DNA of 64,000 nt from Patescibacteria group bacterium. GTDB lineage: Bacteria; Patescibacteriota; Minisyncoccia; Phycocordibacterales; Phycocordibacteraceae. Below the pieces are notes generated by a model. The model searched no databases and was not told where the DNA came from. It was given only the letters and a program-made list of their open reading frames with translations. Within the stretch, counting starts at the first letter, position 1. Each line of letters opens with the position of its first letter. The position numbers and the translations under genes are program-made. The DNA is taken from positions 480,002 to 544,001 of the forward strand of contig JBBTSZ010000002.1 of the NCBI GenBank assembly GCA_038064495.1, written 5' to 3'. Of this stretch, positions 1-8,994 are shown piece by piece.

Positions 1-2
1 CA

Positions 3-494
3 CTCATCGTCCTTGCCTGGCTTCCTACCCTCTTTGTCCCGTTCCTCTTGTTCGTTACGAAAGCCATTCAGCACGCGGACCAAGTGGCCGCCCTTTCACT
101 CGCCTTTAGTCCGCTTGGTCGTATGGTATACGGGCTCTGGCTCGTCATGCTGTGGAGTGCTGCTTTCAACACGCTCACTCGGTGGTACTTAAACGAATGG
201 ATTATCACGACCAACCGTATTATTGAAATACATCAGTACGGCTACTTCAGTAGAGAAGTTTCAAGTCTGCTTCTCATTCGTATTCAAGATGTGAATACGA
301 ACGTAGACGGTTTGTTTGGCACACTCCTTGGCTACGGACAGCTTGAAGTACAAAGTGCTGGTACGGAGGAGCATTTCATTATGGAGGATGCCCCTGACCC
401 TGCAGGACTACGCGACCTTATTATGCGAGAAATAACCGCACTCCATGGCACGGGTGGCGCCGTTGTCGGGGGTGTTTCCGTAACAAACCTATGA
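3..494 (+). CDS. Membrane protein with bacterial PH (bPH_2) domain, 5'-truncated by the window edge
   Basis: Frame is open from nt 3. TM segments are followed by 'WIITTNRII...IQDV...GLFGTLLGYGQLEVQSAG', typical of bPH_2 proteins. Confidence 0.8.
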   Translation, partial: LIVLAWLPTLFVPFLLFVTKAIQHADQVAALSLAFSPLGRMVYGLWLVMLWSAAFNTLTRWYLNEWIITTNRIIEIHQYGYFSREVSSLLLIRIQDVNTNVDGLFGTLLGYGQLEVQSAGTEEHFIMEDAPDPAGLRDLIMREITALHGTGGAVVGGVSVTNL

Positions 495-988
495 AAACTG
501 CTCAAAAGATAGTTGCCCGAGGCGCTCTCGCGGGAGTGCTTCTCATGATGGTCTCCGTGACTGTGCTCTACGAACTTCTGCCACAAGTAGAGGGAAATAT
601 TCCCGCCTTTATCTACGGTTGTATGGCACTTTCTGTTGTTCCTCTTTTTATTATGATTGCGACCGTTGGAAACAAGCGATTTATGAGTGGGGCGATTAAC
701 CCACTCGCTCATGCGGAAAATAAGGCGATGGAAATAGATGGGCGCGTCGTAGACAATACCCTCCAACAGAACTTTGTGTTTGTGGTCGGGCTTCTTGCAC
801 TTTCCGTGCAACTTCCCTTCCCGCAGATGAAACTACTTCTCGCGCTCTCCATTACCTTTGTCCTTGCACGCCTTGCCTTTTGGTATGGCTATCGGAAAGA
901 TCCGTTGCTGCGCGCGCCCGGGATGGCTGCGACGAGTTATTTGAATCTGTTTATTCTTATTACGGTCCTTTACGCCTTCCTCCGCTAG
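491..988 (+). CDS. MAPEG-family membrane protein
   Basis: Four TM helices with 'RVVDNTLQQ...FVLARLAFWYGY...LRAPG'. Start overlaps the upstream stop (ATGA). Confidence 0.75.
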   Translation: MKTAQKIVARGALAGVLLMMVSVTVLYELLPQVEGNIPAFIYGCMALSVVPLFIMIATVGNKRFMSGAINPLAHAENKAMEIDGRVVDNTLQQNFVFVVGLLALSVQLPFPQMKLLLALSITFVLARLAFWYGYRKDPLLRAPGMAATSYLNLFILITVLYAFLR

Positions 989-1115
989 TTGAGCTTGTTG
1001 AAAAATACGCATCTGCGTTGTTGCTCGCCTCGCTCAAAGCCTCACCGTACCACCTGTACGCCTCGCCTTTTCGCTCGCGGGCGCCTAGCATCTGACCACT
1101 TTTCAGTAACCTCAA
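989..1115 (-). repeat. ~125-bp palindromic element, copy A
   Basis: Imperfect terminal inverted repeat TTGAGCTTGTTGAAAA / TTTTCAGTAACCTCAA. Minus-strand core AGATGCTAGGCG..GAGGCGTAC-N5-GTACG..GCAACAACGCAGATG. Sits between convergent stop codons. Confidence 0.7.
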
Positions 1116-1474
1116 TAATCCTTACCATTTACAGGAGTTCGGACAATTGTTGAGAGGTCTATATCATCCAAACAACGTACGTTTATGGAATACATCGTCG
1201 TTTCAACTCCGTCTTTTGGGAACGTCGCCCAGGTGAAAGACTGCACCCCACAAGTCGGACAAAAGAGATGGTGGATGGTCTTCTTATTAAACAGATAGTC
1301 CGTGAGTTCTTCCATACCTCCCTTCGTAAGACGAAATTGCTCTGGTGGTACAAAGGCGAGCAAGAGCCCCTTCGCCTGGCAGTGTGAGCAGTTACATTCA
1401 ATAACCTTTTCAAGGTCGGTATCAACCTCGTACCGAAAGCGTCCGCAGTGGCATCCTCCTGTGTGAGTTTTCAT
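1112..1474 (-). CDS. GFA/CENP-V family Zn-binding protein
   Basis: 'GGCHCG', 'CNCSHC', 'FCPTCG' and 'INVRCLD' motifs. Confidence 0.9.
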   Translation of the reverse strand: MKTHTGGCHCGRFRYEVDTDLEKVIECNCSHCQAKGLLLAFVPPEQFRLTKGGMEELTDYLFNKKTIHHLFCPTCGVQSFTWATFPKDGVETTMYSINVRCLDDIDLSTIVRTPVNGKDY

Positions 1475-1528
1475 AGCAACATACTAGCACTGCAAGGAAG
1501 CGCGGACGAGGTTGAAACTAGGCTGTTA

Positions 1529-1557
1529 TTGACAATCTGAATATATAATGCTAATAT
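1529..1557 (+). promoter_or_regulatory. sigma70-type promoter of the 1584 orphan gene
   Basis: TTGACA-N17-TAATAT with an extended TG. Confidence 0.65.
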
Positions 1558-1583
1558 AACATCAGGATTAAGGGAGATTTGAA

Positions 1584-1898
1584 ATGGTTGAAGGATATGA
1601 TTTCGCTGTTTGGGGAACACAAGGTGGCGGTCTCGTCCGGTGGAATGCCGAAAGCCGACGCTATGTCTTCGTTACGACTCCCAACTGCCCCGGCTTGAAC
1701 GTAGGCGATGAGATGCCCGAAGAATGGGATGTTATCGCGGCAAACCGCGAGGCGCGTCGGGCCAGTGAGGAAGCACTCGACTTCCAGATAGGTCTCAGCG
1801 AATTCTACGACGTGCTATTCGCCAAGATCGACGACGGCAGCGTTACGTTGAACCAAGCCGAACGTTTCTTTCCAAAGGATGTGCGTAGTAGTCATTGA
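1584..1898 (+). CDS. Hypothetical protein (orphan cassette)
   Basis: 104-aa ORF with AAGGGAG SD, own promoter and a GC hairpin at ~1905-1949. Confidence 0.7.
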   Translation: MVEGYDFAVWGTQGGGLVRWNAESRRYVFVTTPNCPGLNVGDEMPEEWDVIAANREARRASEEALDFQIGLSEFYDVLFAKIDDGSVTLNQAERFFPKDVRSSH

Positions 1899-1999
1899 TC
1901 ATTCGCCCGCCCGTTGAGCCACTCGCTCGCGGGCGGCTCTTCGTTTATTGCTGACTAAGTTGGTTTTAGAACCAAATCCCAATCTGCTACACTGGAGTT

Positions 2000-3280
2000 A
2001 TGACCGACAAGGAGCGACTTTCAACCGAACCCTACAAAGGAGTCCGGGATTTCTATCCAAATGACTGGGCCCAGCTTCAGGCGGTATTTGAAACCCTCCG
2101 AACGACGCTTCGCATGCACGGGTTTGAGGAATACAACGCTTCCCCGCTTGAACCGGCTGAGCTCTACGAAAGCAAGACGAGTGAGGAAATCGTAAGCGAG
2201 CAGACGTTTACATTTACCGACCGTGGCGAGCGGCGCGTCACGCTTCGTCCGGAAATGACTCCGACACTCGCACGCATGGTGGCTGGCAAGCGCCGTGAAC
2301 TCACCTTCCCACTTCGCTGGTTTTCTTTACCAAACCTGTTTCGCTATGAGCGTCCTCAGCGCGGACGCCTGCGTGAGCACTATCAGCTGAACGTTGACCT
2401 CCTTGGCATTCCTGACGCAAAAGCAGATGGTGAGATTATCGTTATCGCTTCTTCTCTTCTGAAAGCATTTGGTGCGTATGATGGTGACTTCACTATCCGC
2501 ATTAATTCTCGTTCACTGATGAACGCAGCGGCAGACGCTCTTGCATATACACCGGAAGAATCAAAGAAGTATCTCCAGCTCCTTGATAAAAAAGCAAAGA
2601 TTTCAGCTGAGGAGTTTGAAACGGCACGAGAAGTGTTCCGCAAAGAGGGTGTGGACGCGCTTGAGTTGATTCTTGCTGGCACGAATACTAACGTGGCAGC
2701 TGAGAAAGAAAAACTGGATGGTCTTATCGCGGCCTTCAGCGCGCGCGGAATGCAGAACGTACTCTACGATCCTTCCATCGTCCGTGGTTTTGATTACTAC
2801 ACCGGTATGGTATTTGAGGTGTACGACACCAACCCTGAAAACACTCGCTCTATGTTTGGTGGTGGCCGCTATGACAACCTCGTCTCACTCTTTGGTGGTG
2901 AGTCTGTGCCAGCGGTTGGTTTTGGTATGGGAGACGTTACCCTCCTTGATTTCCTCACCACGCACGACTACGCGCCAAAAGCTTCCTCAGCTCCCACGCT
3001 CTTTCTTGGCACTCCATCAGAGGGAGATATTGGAGCGGCACAGGAGTTTGCCACCACGCTACGTGAAGAGGCTGGTATCTCGGTGCTCGTGAACATCACC
3101 GGGAAATCACTCGGCGACCAAATCCGTGAAGCAAACAAGCGCTCCATCCCGTATTTCATTGCGTATGGTGCTGAAGAACTTTCAAGCGGGATGATGAAGC
3201 TGAAAAAACTGGATGAAGTTTCTGAAAAGGAAATGGCGGCAGGTGAGGTGCTGGATATTCTTTCACATCTTCCGAAATAA
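2000..3280 (+). CDS. hisS: Histidine--tRNA ligase
   Basis: 'KGVRDF', 'LRPEMTP', 'FRYERPQRGRLREHYQ', 'RGFDYYTG', 'GGGRYD'. Confidence 0.97.
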   Translation: MTDKERLSTEPYKGVRDFYPNDWAQLQAVFETLRTTLRMHGFEEYNASPLEPAELYESKTSEEIVSEQTFTFTDRGERRVTLRPEMTPTLARMVAGKRRELTFPLRWFSLPNLFRYERPQRGRLREHYQLNVDLLGIPDAKADGEIIVIASSLLKAFGAYDGDFTIRINSRSLMNAAADALAYTPEESKKYLQLLDKKAKISAEEFETAREVFRKEGVDALELILAGTNTNVAAEKEKLDGLIAAFSARGMQNVLYDPSIVRGFDYYTGMVFEVYDTNPENTRSMFGGGRYDNLVSLFGGESVPAVGFGMGDVTLLDFLTTHDYAPKASSAPTLFLGTPSEGDIGAAQEFATTLREEAGISVLVNITGKSLGDQIREANKRSIPYFIAYGAEELSSGMMKLKKLDEVSEKEMAAGEVLDILSHLPK

Positions 3281-3296
3281 CATGCGTGGTTCTCAT

Positions 3297-3422
3297 ATTT
3301 CACGCAGAAAGGGCGAGGGATACAAGGCGTGGGCAAACATATTTCTGGAGACGTATGTGCTATACGGCGGAAGAAATTGTTGGGACCCACAACAAAGTAG
3401 CTGCGACCTTTATGCGTGAAAT
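3297..3422 (+). repeat. ~125-bp palindromic element, copy B
   Basis: ATTTCACGCAGAAAGG / CCTTTATGCGTGAAAT (15 of 16 paired). Core AAGGCGTGGG..GGAGACGTAT-GTGCT-ATACGGCG..GGGACCCACAAC. Confidence 0.8.
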
Positions 3423-3990
3423 CACGTTTGACATAGAGACAAGAAACCTAATCCCCGCCTTTGCGCGTGGGGACATGACTCGTTTGGACTTGGCCATCGT
3501 CGGCATCCACGATTCTGAAACTGATTTGTATACGAGCTATGCTCAAGAAGAACTCTCACAGCTCTGGCCGATTATTGAGAAAGCCGATGTCCTCATCGGC
3601 TTTAACTCGGATTCCTTTGATATTCCACTTTTGAATCATTATTACCCCGGCGACCTCACGAAGATTCGTTCACTTGATTTACTTTCTGAAGTGTACAAAT
3701 CACTTGGTCGTCGTATCCGCCTACAATCACTCGCCGAGGCAACACTCGGACACGGTAAATCTGCAGACGGCGTGAAAGCGGTAGAGTGGTGGCAACAGGG
3801 GCTCCACGACAAAGTACGCGAGTACTGTCTGCAAGACGTGAAAGTCACCCGTGAGCTCTACGACTACGCACGAAAGCACGGCAAGCTGAAATACAAAGAC
3901 TTGCGCCAAAACAAAGATATTAAAATTGATACGAGTGCCTGGGATGATGCGCACGAGTCTTCCGCCTTCACTCACACCTTAGGACTCTAG
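3412..3990 (+). CDS. RNase H-like (DEDD/YprB-type) 3'-5' exonuclease-domain protein
   Basis: 'TFDIET', 'IGFNSDSFDIP', 'YCLQDVKVT'. Start reassigned to ATG 3412 because the ORF-track extension runs through the repeat. Confidence 0.85.
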   Translation: MREITFDIETRNLIPAFARGDMTRLDLAIVGIHDSETDLYTSYAQEELSQLWPIIEKADVLIGFNSDSFDIPLLNHYYPGDLTKIRSLDLLSEVYKSLGRRIRLQSLAEATLGHGKSADGVKAVEWWQQGLHDKVREYCLQDVKVTRELYDYARKHGKLKYKDLRQNKDIKIDTSAWDDAHESSAFTHTLGL

Positions 3991-4017
3991 TGAAACTGCG
4001 CATGCTATCCTTTTTAT

Positions 4018-4758
4018 ATGGATACGCCGCAATCTGAAGTGCCGCAGGCACCCCTACCAACACGTAAGGTACTAAAGCCTGCAGAGCTTCTCATTCCGAT
4101 TGCCATTTTGATTGCCGGTTTGTTAATTGCGTCTGCAGTCTACGTCGTTCGCATAAAACACCAGGTGACGCATGGAAGTGGTACGCCGGAGGCCGTCAGG
4201 CCTGTTTCGCCGAGTGATCACATCATTGGAAACCCAACGGCACCGATTGTCATTATTGAATACGCGGATATTGATAGTAGCTACTCAAAGAGTCTTCAAC
4301 TCACGATGGAACAGCTCATGACCGAGTACGCCGACGGTGGAAAAGTCGCCTGGGTCTTCCGTCACTTCCCGCTTTCACTTCAACATCCAAACGCGGGTCA
4401 GCACGCACTTGCTGCTGAGTGCGCCGCTTCGCTTTCCGTGCCCACTACATTCTTCCGCTTTATAGATGCCATGCAGGCAGCTGCACCAAACCAAAACCAG
4501 TACAATCCGGTTGGCTACCCAACACTTGTCGCACAGTTTGGTATTGATCAAACGGCCTTTAAGAAATGTATGACGGACGCAGCCTTTGAGAAGAAAATCC
4601 ACGACGACTATGACAACGCGCTTGCCTCCGGTGCTATCGGTTCTCCGTTTGTGGTGCTGATTACCCCTGACAATACGCCCGCTCCCATTAATGGCGCACT
4701 CCCCTATACCTCTATGAAGAAGGTTATCGAGGAGGCTATCAAAAAACTTCCGCAATAA
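4018..4758 (+). CDS. DsbA/BdbD-like thioredoxin-fold membrane protein with CxxC replaced by SxxS
   Basis: N-terminal TM, 'DHIIGNPTAPIVIIEYADIDSSYS', 'WVFRHFPL', 'GAIGSP', 'INGALPY'. Confidence 0.85.
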   Translation: MDTPQSEVPQAPLPTRKVLKPAELLIPIAILIAGLLIASAVYVVRIKHQVTHGSGTPEAVRPVSPSDHIIGNPTAPIVIIEYADIDSSYSKSLQLTMEQLMTEYADGGKVAWVFRHFPLSLQHPNAGQHALAAECAASLSVPTTFFRFIDAMQAAAPNQNQYNPVGYPTLVAQFGIDQTAFKKCMTDAAFEKKIHDDYDNALASGAIGSPFVVLITPDNTPAPINGALPYTSMKKVIEEAIKKLPQ

Positions 4759-4813
4759 TCTTGCTTTTTACTAGTGTTTGTGGTATTGTGATTTTAGGCA
4801 GAAAGGAGGTGCC

Positions 4814-5044
4814 ATGCTTACACGAACCGTTCTCCGTGAAGGCCGTAAGCGACGTCATATGACGAATCAACCGGCACGGGAGCAAATGGCTGCGATTCTG
4901 TCCGAGTATTATCCTGGTGATGATGTCTTGGAGAGTCTCCGCAGCCAGAATTCTCCTGAAGGAATGGTCAGAGTCCTTGGACTCATGAAAAGGTTCGAGC
5001 AATCTGAACTCCAGTGCAGACCCAAACACCGGGTCGTGCATTAA
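4814..5044 (+). CDS. Hypothetical protein (orphan cassette)
   Basis: AAAGGAGGT SD before ATG 4814; TTGCTT-N17-TATTGT promoter; hairpin at 5051-5077. Confidence 0.55.
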   Translation: MLTRTVLREGRKRRHMTNQPAREQMAAILSEYYPGDDVLESLRSQNSPEGMVRVLGLMKRFEQSELQCRPKHRVVH

Positions 5045-5101
5045 CAAAACGGGCGCTCGCGATAATCGCGCGCGCCCACTTCATTATCTATCTACGATTC
5101 C

Positions 5102-5488
5102 TTACGCCGATTCGCGCTGTCCTTCCGTAATATCCATCACTTCCTTTTTGGAAGTTGCAGTTCCTATCACTTCTCCCGATTGATCACTGATGTGTACCAC
5201 GTTTTCGCTTCCAGGAACGCTTTGCATGCGCAAACCAAGTGCTTCAGCAAATCCAGACATATCCTCGTCACTCATAGCTTGCAGTGATTCGGTTGTGTAG
5301 GGAGTTCCAGCCCGCTCAGCCTTGAGCGCAATATGAAAAGCTGCTTGTTTAATGTCTTTATCAGTAAATGTTGTTCCCTCAGTGCTCGACTTCGATGCAA
5401 CCTCTTGCATTTTCGTCTGGAGGAGACCGAACGCATCAGGATCAGTATTTTGCAACTTCGGGCCCGTAAATTTCTCTATAAAACTCAT
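5102..5488 (-). CDS. Hypothetical protein
   Basis: 128-aa ATG ORF filling the gap downstream of the helicase gene. Confidence 0.7.
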   Translation of the reverse strand: MSFIEKFTGPKLQNTDPDAFGLLQTKMQEVASKSSTEGTTFTDKDIKQAAFHIALKAERAGTPYTTESLQAMSDEDMSGFAEALGLRMQSVPGSENVVHISDQSGEVIGTATSKKEVMDITEGQRESA

Positions 5489-5536
5489 GTCAGTGATGGT
5501 TAGTTGTTGTAGGAATATTCTACAACGAGCCTCATT

Positions 5537-8371
5537 CTAGTCAAACAGCGCAAGGAGGTCATCGTAGGCGTCACTGTCGTCTCGCTTTCGCTCCCCTTTT
5601 CGCCATGCCCCGCCCATAAGCTCACCTACAACCTCCTCAAGGGTAGTGAGCAGGTCTTTGCGCGACTCGTCGGTGAGCGGCACTAGGTAATTCGTCACGT
5701 CCTCAGGAGACACCTGGATAATGAGTGCCATGGTCGGGTGGTGGCCATTCTCACGAAGCAGCAAGTCATAGAAGGCAAGCTGGCGGGGATAGGCCTCGTC
5801 TTTTTTATCAATCTTGCTTGAGGTCTTGAAGTCTACAATGCACTCACCTCCTTTCTCCTTAAACACTGCATCAATCATCCCGTACAAAAGCACATCCACA
5901 CCCGAAAATAATTTCTTAACCGAGAATGCTTTTTCTATTGCAACGGTTTCTTCTTTCTTTCCTTCCCGTAGATAGGTCTCGAGGCGCGCACGGGAATTCT
6001 CCACCACACGCTCGTAGGCCGCGTTTCGCGGAAGTAGGGAGCGCTTCAGCGTTCCTTCAAGCACGCTGTATGCTTTGTCCTCACTTCCCGATTTAAGGTA
6101 CTCCGCAATGCCCGCATGCACTGCGGTGCCGATAGCGGTCGCGGGTGTTTCTGGCTCATGGAGCCGAAGTACACGGCGTGCGAAAAAGACTGGAGGTGAT
6201 TCAAGATATTCATTCAACGCTGATGGCGAGAGTCCTTCCTGCGTGAGGTAGGTACGCACCAGGTCAGTCACCACCTGTGCAGACGCTACATTGTGATGGA
6301 GGAGTGGAAGTGGGTCTGCTTCCCTAGTGACCGTGGTGAGACCTTCCGGAATGAGCGCCGAGGGCGCTGTTTCTCTACCATCACCATTTTCACTACTGTA
6401 CGAAAGAATGAGGTTGTCTTTTGCGCGCGTCATCGCGACATAGAAGAGCTTGGTCACGTCTTCAAGCGAACGGGACTGGTCCACCGGTGATGGAATCTTC
6501 GCAGACATACCACCCCTCTCCCAGGCGCGCGCCGTGAGTTCAACCATGAAGACGGTGTTGAACTCCATACCCTTCGCCTTGTGCGCAGTGATGACTGTGA
6601 CCATACCCTCTTTTTTTGTAATTGAGGTCTTCACGCTTTCAAGACCGTGCTCATGGGCTTTCGTGAAAGCCGAAACGACGTTTGCAAACGTGCGTCCCGG
6701 GTCACGCACCACGATTTCTTCAATGTGCATGAAAATACGTCGCATGAGTTGCACATCTTCAAGGTGCTCTGCGCGAGCGAGCATATACGCACGTGCGCCA
6801 GATTCGGTAATGGCACGCGACAGAAGCGGAAGCGGTGCCTCAGAAAGTGCGTCTTTTTGTAGCTTACTGAGAATCTTCGCAATGTCGCGGTACTCCGTGA
6901 TAAGCGTCGTAAAAAGCTCGCGGTCGCGGTTTTTGAGGAGGAGTCCCGCGCGCTCCGGAAGCGGCAGGTCCCACCAGGGGGCGAGCAGCGTCTCACGAAG
7001 GGCTGAGATATCAAGCGGGTCGGAAATGGTACGCATGAGCGCAAGAATAGAGCGCATCAGTGGTCGACTGGATAGTTTTACATCACCCGCGCGCAGTACC
7101 GGAATGCCTTTGCCTCTCAAATGCTCAGCGAAGAGGTCTGCGGTTGCGTTCCGGTTTGCGATAATCGCCACCTCTTCAGGTGCGACACCTTTGGCAAGAG
7201 TTTCTTCAACCATGACTGCGACCGCATCGCGCTCCGCGAGCGGATCTCCTGCAACGAGTAGTTCCATACGTGCACTGCCGGTTCGAGTACTTGTGAGTTC
7301 CTGATGTTTACCTGTTGCAGCAGGAACACTTTGTATGAGTGTGTGTGACGTATCAAGCAGACCTTGGAGCGCACGAAAGCTGTCCGTGAGGTAGACAAGT
7401 TCGGTTCGTGGATAGAGCTCGGTGAATCTCTTGAAGTGCGTAGAGTCTGCTCCCTGAAAGCGATAAATGGCTTGCTTTTCATCCCCCACCACAAAAAGGT
7501 TCGGGTGGTCATCAAGTGCAAACGTATCCAGAAGCGCGTGTTGGAGCTCGTTGGCATCCTGGTGCTCGTCAGCAAGAAGATACTGGTACTGCTCCCGCAC
7601 GCTCGCCATGAGGTCTGCGTCCGCTTTGAGCCCATCAACCGCAATGCGCAGCACATCAGCAAAATCATACACATCGTTCTTCTCTTTGAGTGCCTCGTAT
7701 GCGGAAATGAGCCTCGCGGCTTCCTCACCTTTTTCAAGGCGCTCTAGTTTCTTTTCACCTTCTGGTTTGAAGTCACCTTTCTTGCCGTACTTGCTGTCAC
7801 GCAGGTAGTAGAGCGACTCGTCCGCACGAATGCGCTTCGCTTCGCCTTCTAACCACACACGGTAGTCTGCTAGCGTAATGCGCTCGCGCACGAAGTCGTC
7901 ACGAAGTCGTGCGAGGTCGCGCAGATAAAAATAGGGTGACTTTGTGGTGCGGAGTGCTTGCAGGTCTTCCTGCTCAAGCACTTCTCGCCAGAGCAGTGTG
8001 GTCTCCACTTCCGCAGCAAGGCGCTTACCACGCGCTTCCGGGAAGGAGTCGCTATAGGTAGAAAGCAGGTGCTCGGCAAATCCGTGAAAAGTGGTGATGA
8101 AAACTTCCCGCGCGACAGCTTCACCTACGAGTTCCCCAAGGCGGCTGCGTACTGTGCGAGCCGCGGAATCCGTGAAGGTAAGGACGAGAATATTCCCCGG
8201 AGTTGCCTGCGTCTTCTGAAGAATGTTCGCAATGCGTAGCGTGAGAATGTGCGTCTTGCCGGTACCGGGTCCTGCTATGACGAGGACTGGCCCTTCTACC
8301 GTGTCCACCGCTTTCTTTTGGGCAGCGTTGAGTTCTCTGTATGCCTTGGTGAATGCGGTCGGGTCTGCCAT
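5537..8371 (-). CDS. UvrD/PcrA-type SF1 helicase fused to a C-terminal PD-(D/E)XK nuclease (AddA/AdnAB-like)
   Basis: 'AGPGTGKT', 'DEHQD', 'GDEKQAIYRFQGA', 'TAHKAKGMEF', 'FYVAMTRAK'; C-terminal 'GMID..IVDFKT..QLAFY'. Confidence 0.92.
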   Translation of the reverse strand: MADPTAFTKAYRELNAAQKKAVDTVEGPVLVIAGPGTGKTHILTLRIANILQKTQATPGNILVLTFTDSAARTVRSRLGELVGEAVAREVFITTFHGFAEHLLSTYSDSFPEARGKRLAAEVETTLLWREVLEQEDLQALRTTKSPYFYLRDLARLRDDFVRERITLADYRVWLEGEAKRIRADESLYYLRDSKYGKKGDFKPEGEKKLERLEKGEEAARLISAYEALKEKNDVYDFADVLRIAVDGLKADADLMASVREQYQYLLADEHQDANELQHALLDTFALDDHPNLFVVGDEKQAIYRFQGADSTHFKRFTELYPRTELVYLTDSFRALQGLLDTSHTLIQSVPAATGKHQELTSTRTGSARMELLVAGDPLAERDAVAVMVEETLAKGVAPEEVAIIANRNATADLFAEHLRGKGIPVLRAGDVKLSSRPLMRSILALMRTISDPLDISALRETLLAPWWDLPLPERAGLLLKNRDRELFTTLITEYRDIAKILSKLQKDALSEAPLPLLSRAITESGARAYMLARAEHLEDVQLMRRIFMHIEEIVVRDPGRTFANVVSAFTKAHEHGLESVKTSITKKEGMVTVITAHKAKGMEFNTVFMVELTARAWERGGMSAKIPSPVDQSRSLEDVTKLFYVAMTRAKDNLILSYSSENGDGRETAPSALIPEGLTTVTREADPLPLLHHNVASAQVVTDLVRTYLTQEGLSPSALNEYLESPPVFFARRVLRLHEPETPATAIGTAVHAGIAEYLKSGSEDKAYSVLEGTLKRSLLPRNAAYERVVENSRARLETYLREGKKEETVAIEKAFSVKKLFSGVDVLLYGMIDAVFKEKGGECIVDFKTSSKIDKKDEAYPRQLAFYDLLLRENGHHPTMALIIQVSPEDVTNYLVPLTDESRKDLLTTLEEVVGELMGGAWRKGERKRDDSDAYDDLLALFD

Positions 8372-8478
8372 GCACTCATTCTACCCCGAGTCATTGTTTC
8401 TGCATTTTCCGCACTCAGTGCTCTATATATATGAAAACCCCTCGCTTGTTGCCAAGCGAGGGGCTGGGGAAAGAGCAA

Positions 8479-8643
8479 TCAGTTGCCGGTCGAGCGCGTT
8501 TCCGGGCCAATCGTGCTGGTGTTATGCAGCTTGGTGTTGAGCGAATTCCACGCCGCGATGGCAGCGACCGCGATCAAGGCAGCGATGAGACCGTATTCAA
8601 TTGCAGTCGCGCCATTTGTTGCCTTCCAAAACCTTTTGAACAT
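8479..8643 (-). CDS. flp: Flp/Tad-type (type IVb/c) prepilin
   Basis: MFKRFWKATNG|ATAIEYGLIAALIAVAAIAAW.. carries the canonical G|xxxxEY motif; AGGAG SD. Confidence 0.85.
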   Translation of the reverse strand: MFKRFWKATNGATAIEYGLIAALIAVAAIAAWNSLNTKLHNTSTIGPETRSTGN

Positions 8644-8680
8644 GAATGTTCTCCTGACTGAGGGCGTTCGCGAAAGCGAA

Positions 8681-8842
8681 CTACCGGTTGTTGACGCTGA
8701 TGTCGGTCGCAATCACCTTCGGCGGATTGTTGGCTTGGATAGCCGCAATGGCTGCAACACTGATAAGCGCTGCAATGAGGCCAATTTCAATCGGCGTAAC
8801 CGATTCCTTAGCCGAGCGGAAAAGATCTTTGAACTTGCTCAT
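8681..8842 (-). CDS. Second, degenerate Flp-like pilin (53 aa; not in the ORF track)
   Basis: MSKFKDLFRSAKESVTPIEIGLIAALISVAAIAAIQANNPPKVIATDISVNNR; GGAGA SD; hydrophobic core nearly identical to the downstream Flp. Confidence 0.75.
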   Translation of the reverse strand: MSKFKDLFRSAKESVTPIEIGLIAALISVAAIAAIQANNPPKVIATDISVNNR

Positions 8843-8887
8843 GTGAATCTCCAAAAAGGGCTACCGGCCTAGTGCGCGGTGCTTATT

Positions 8888-8916
8888 ATAATACACCCAT
8901 ATCTTGTATTTGTCAA
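8888..8916 (-). promoter_or_regulatory. Promoter of the flp pair
   Basis: TTGACA-N17-TATTAT on the minus strand. Confidence 0.65.
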
Positions 8917-8994
8917 TGTCTCATAACGCCTTCCTCCGCGGTGGTTTGTGTAGTATTTTCAACACAGATTGAACAAAACAGAGGGAGATGGGTT

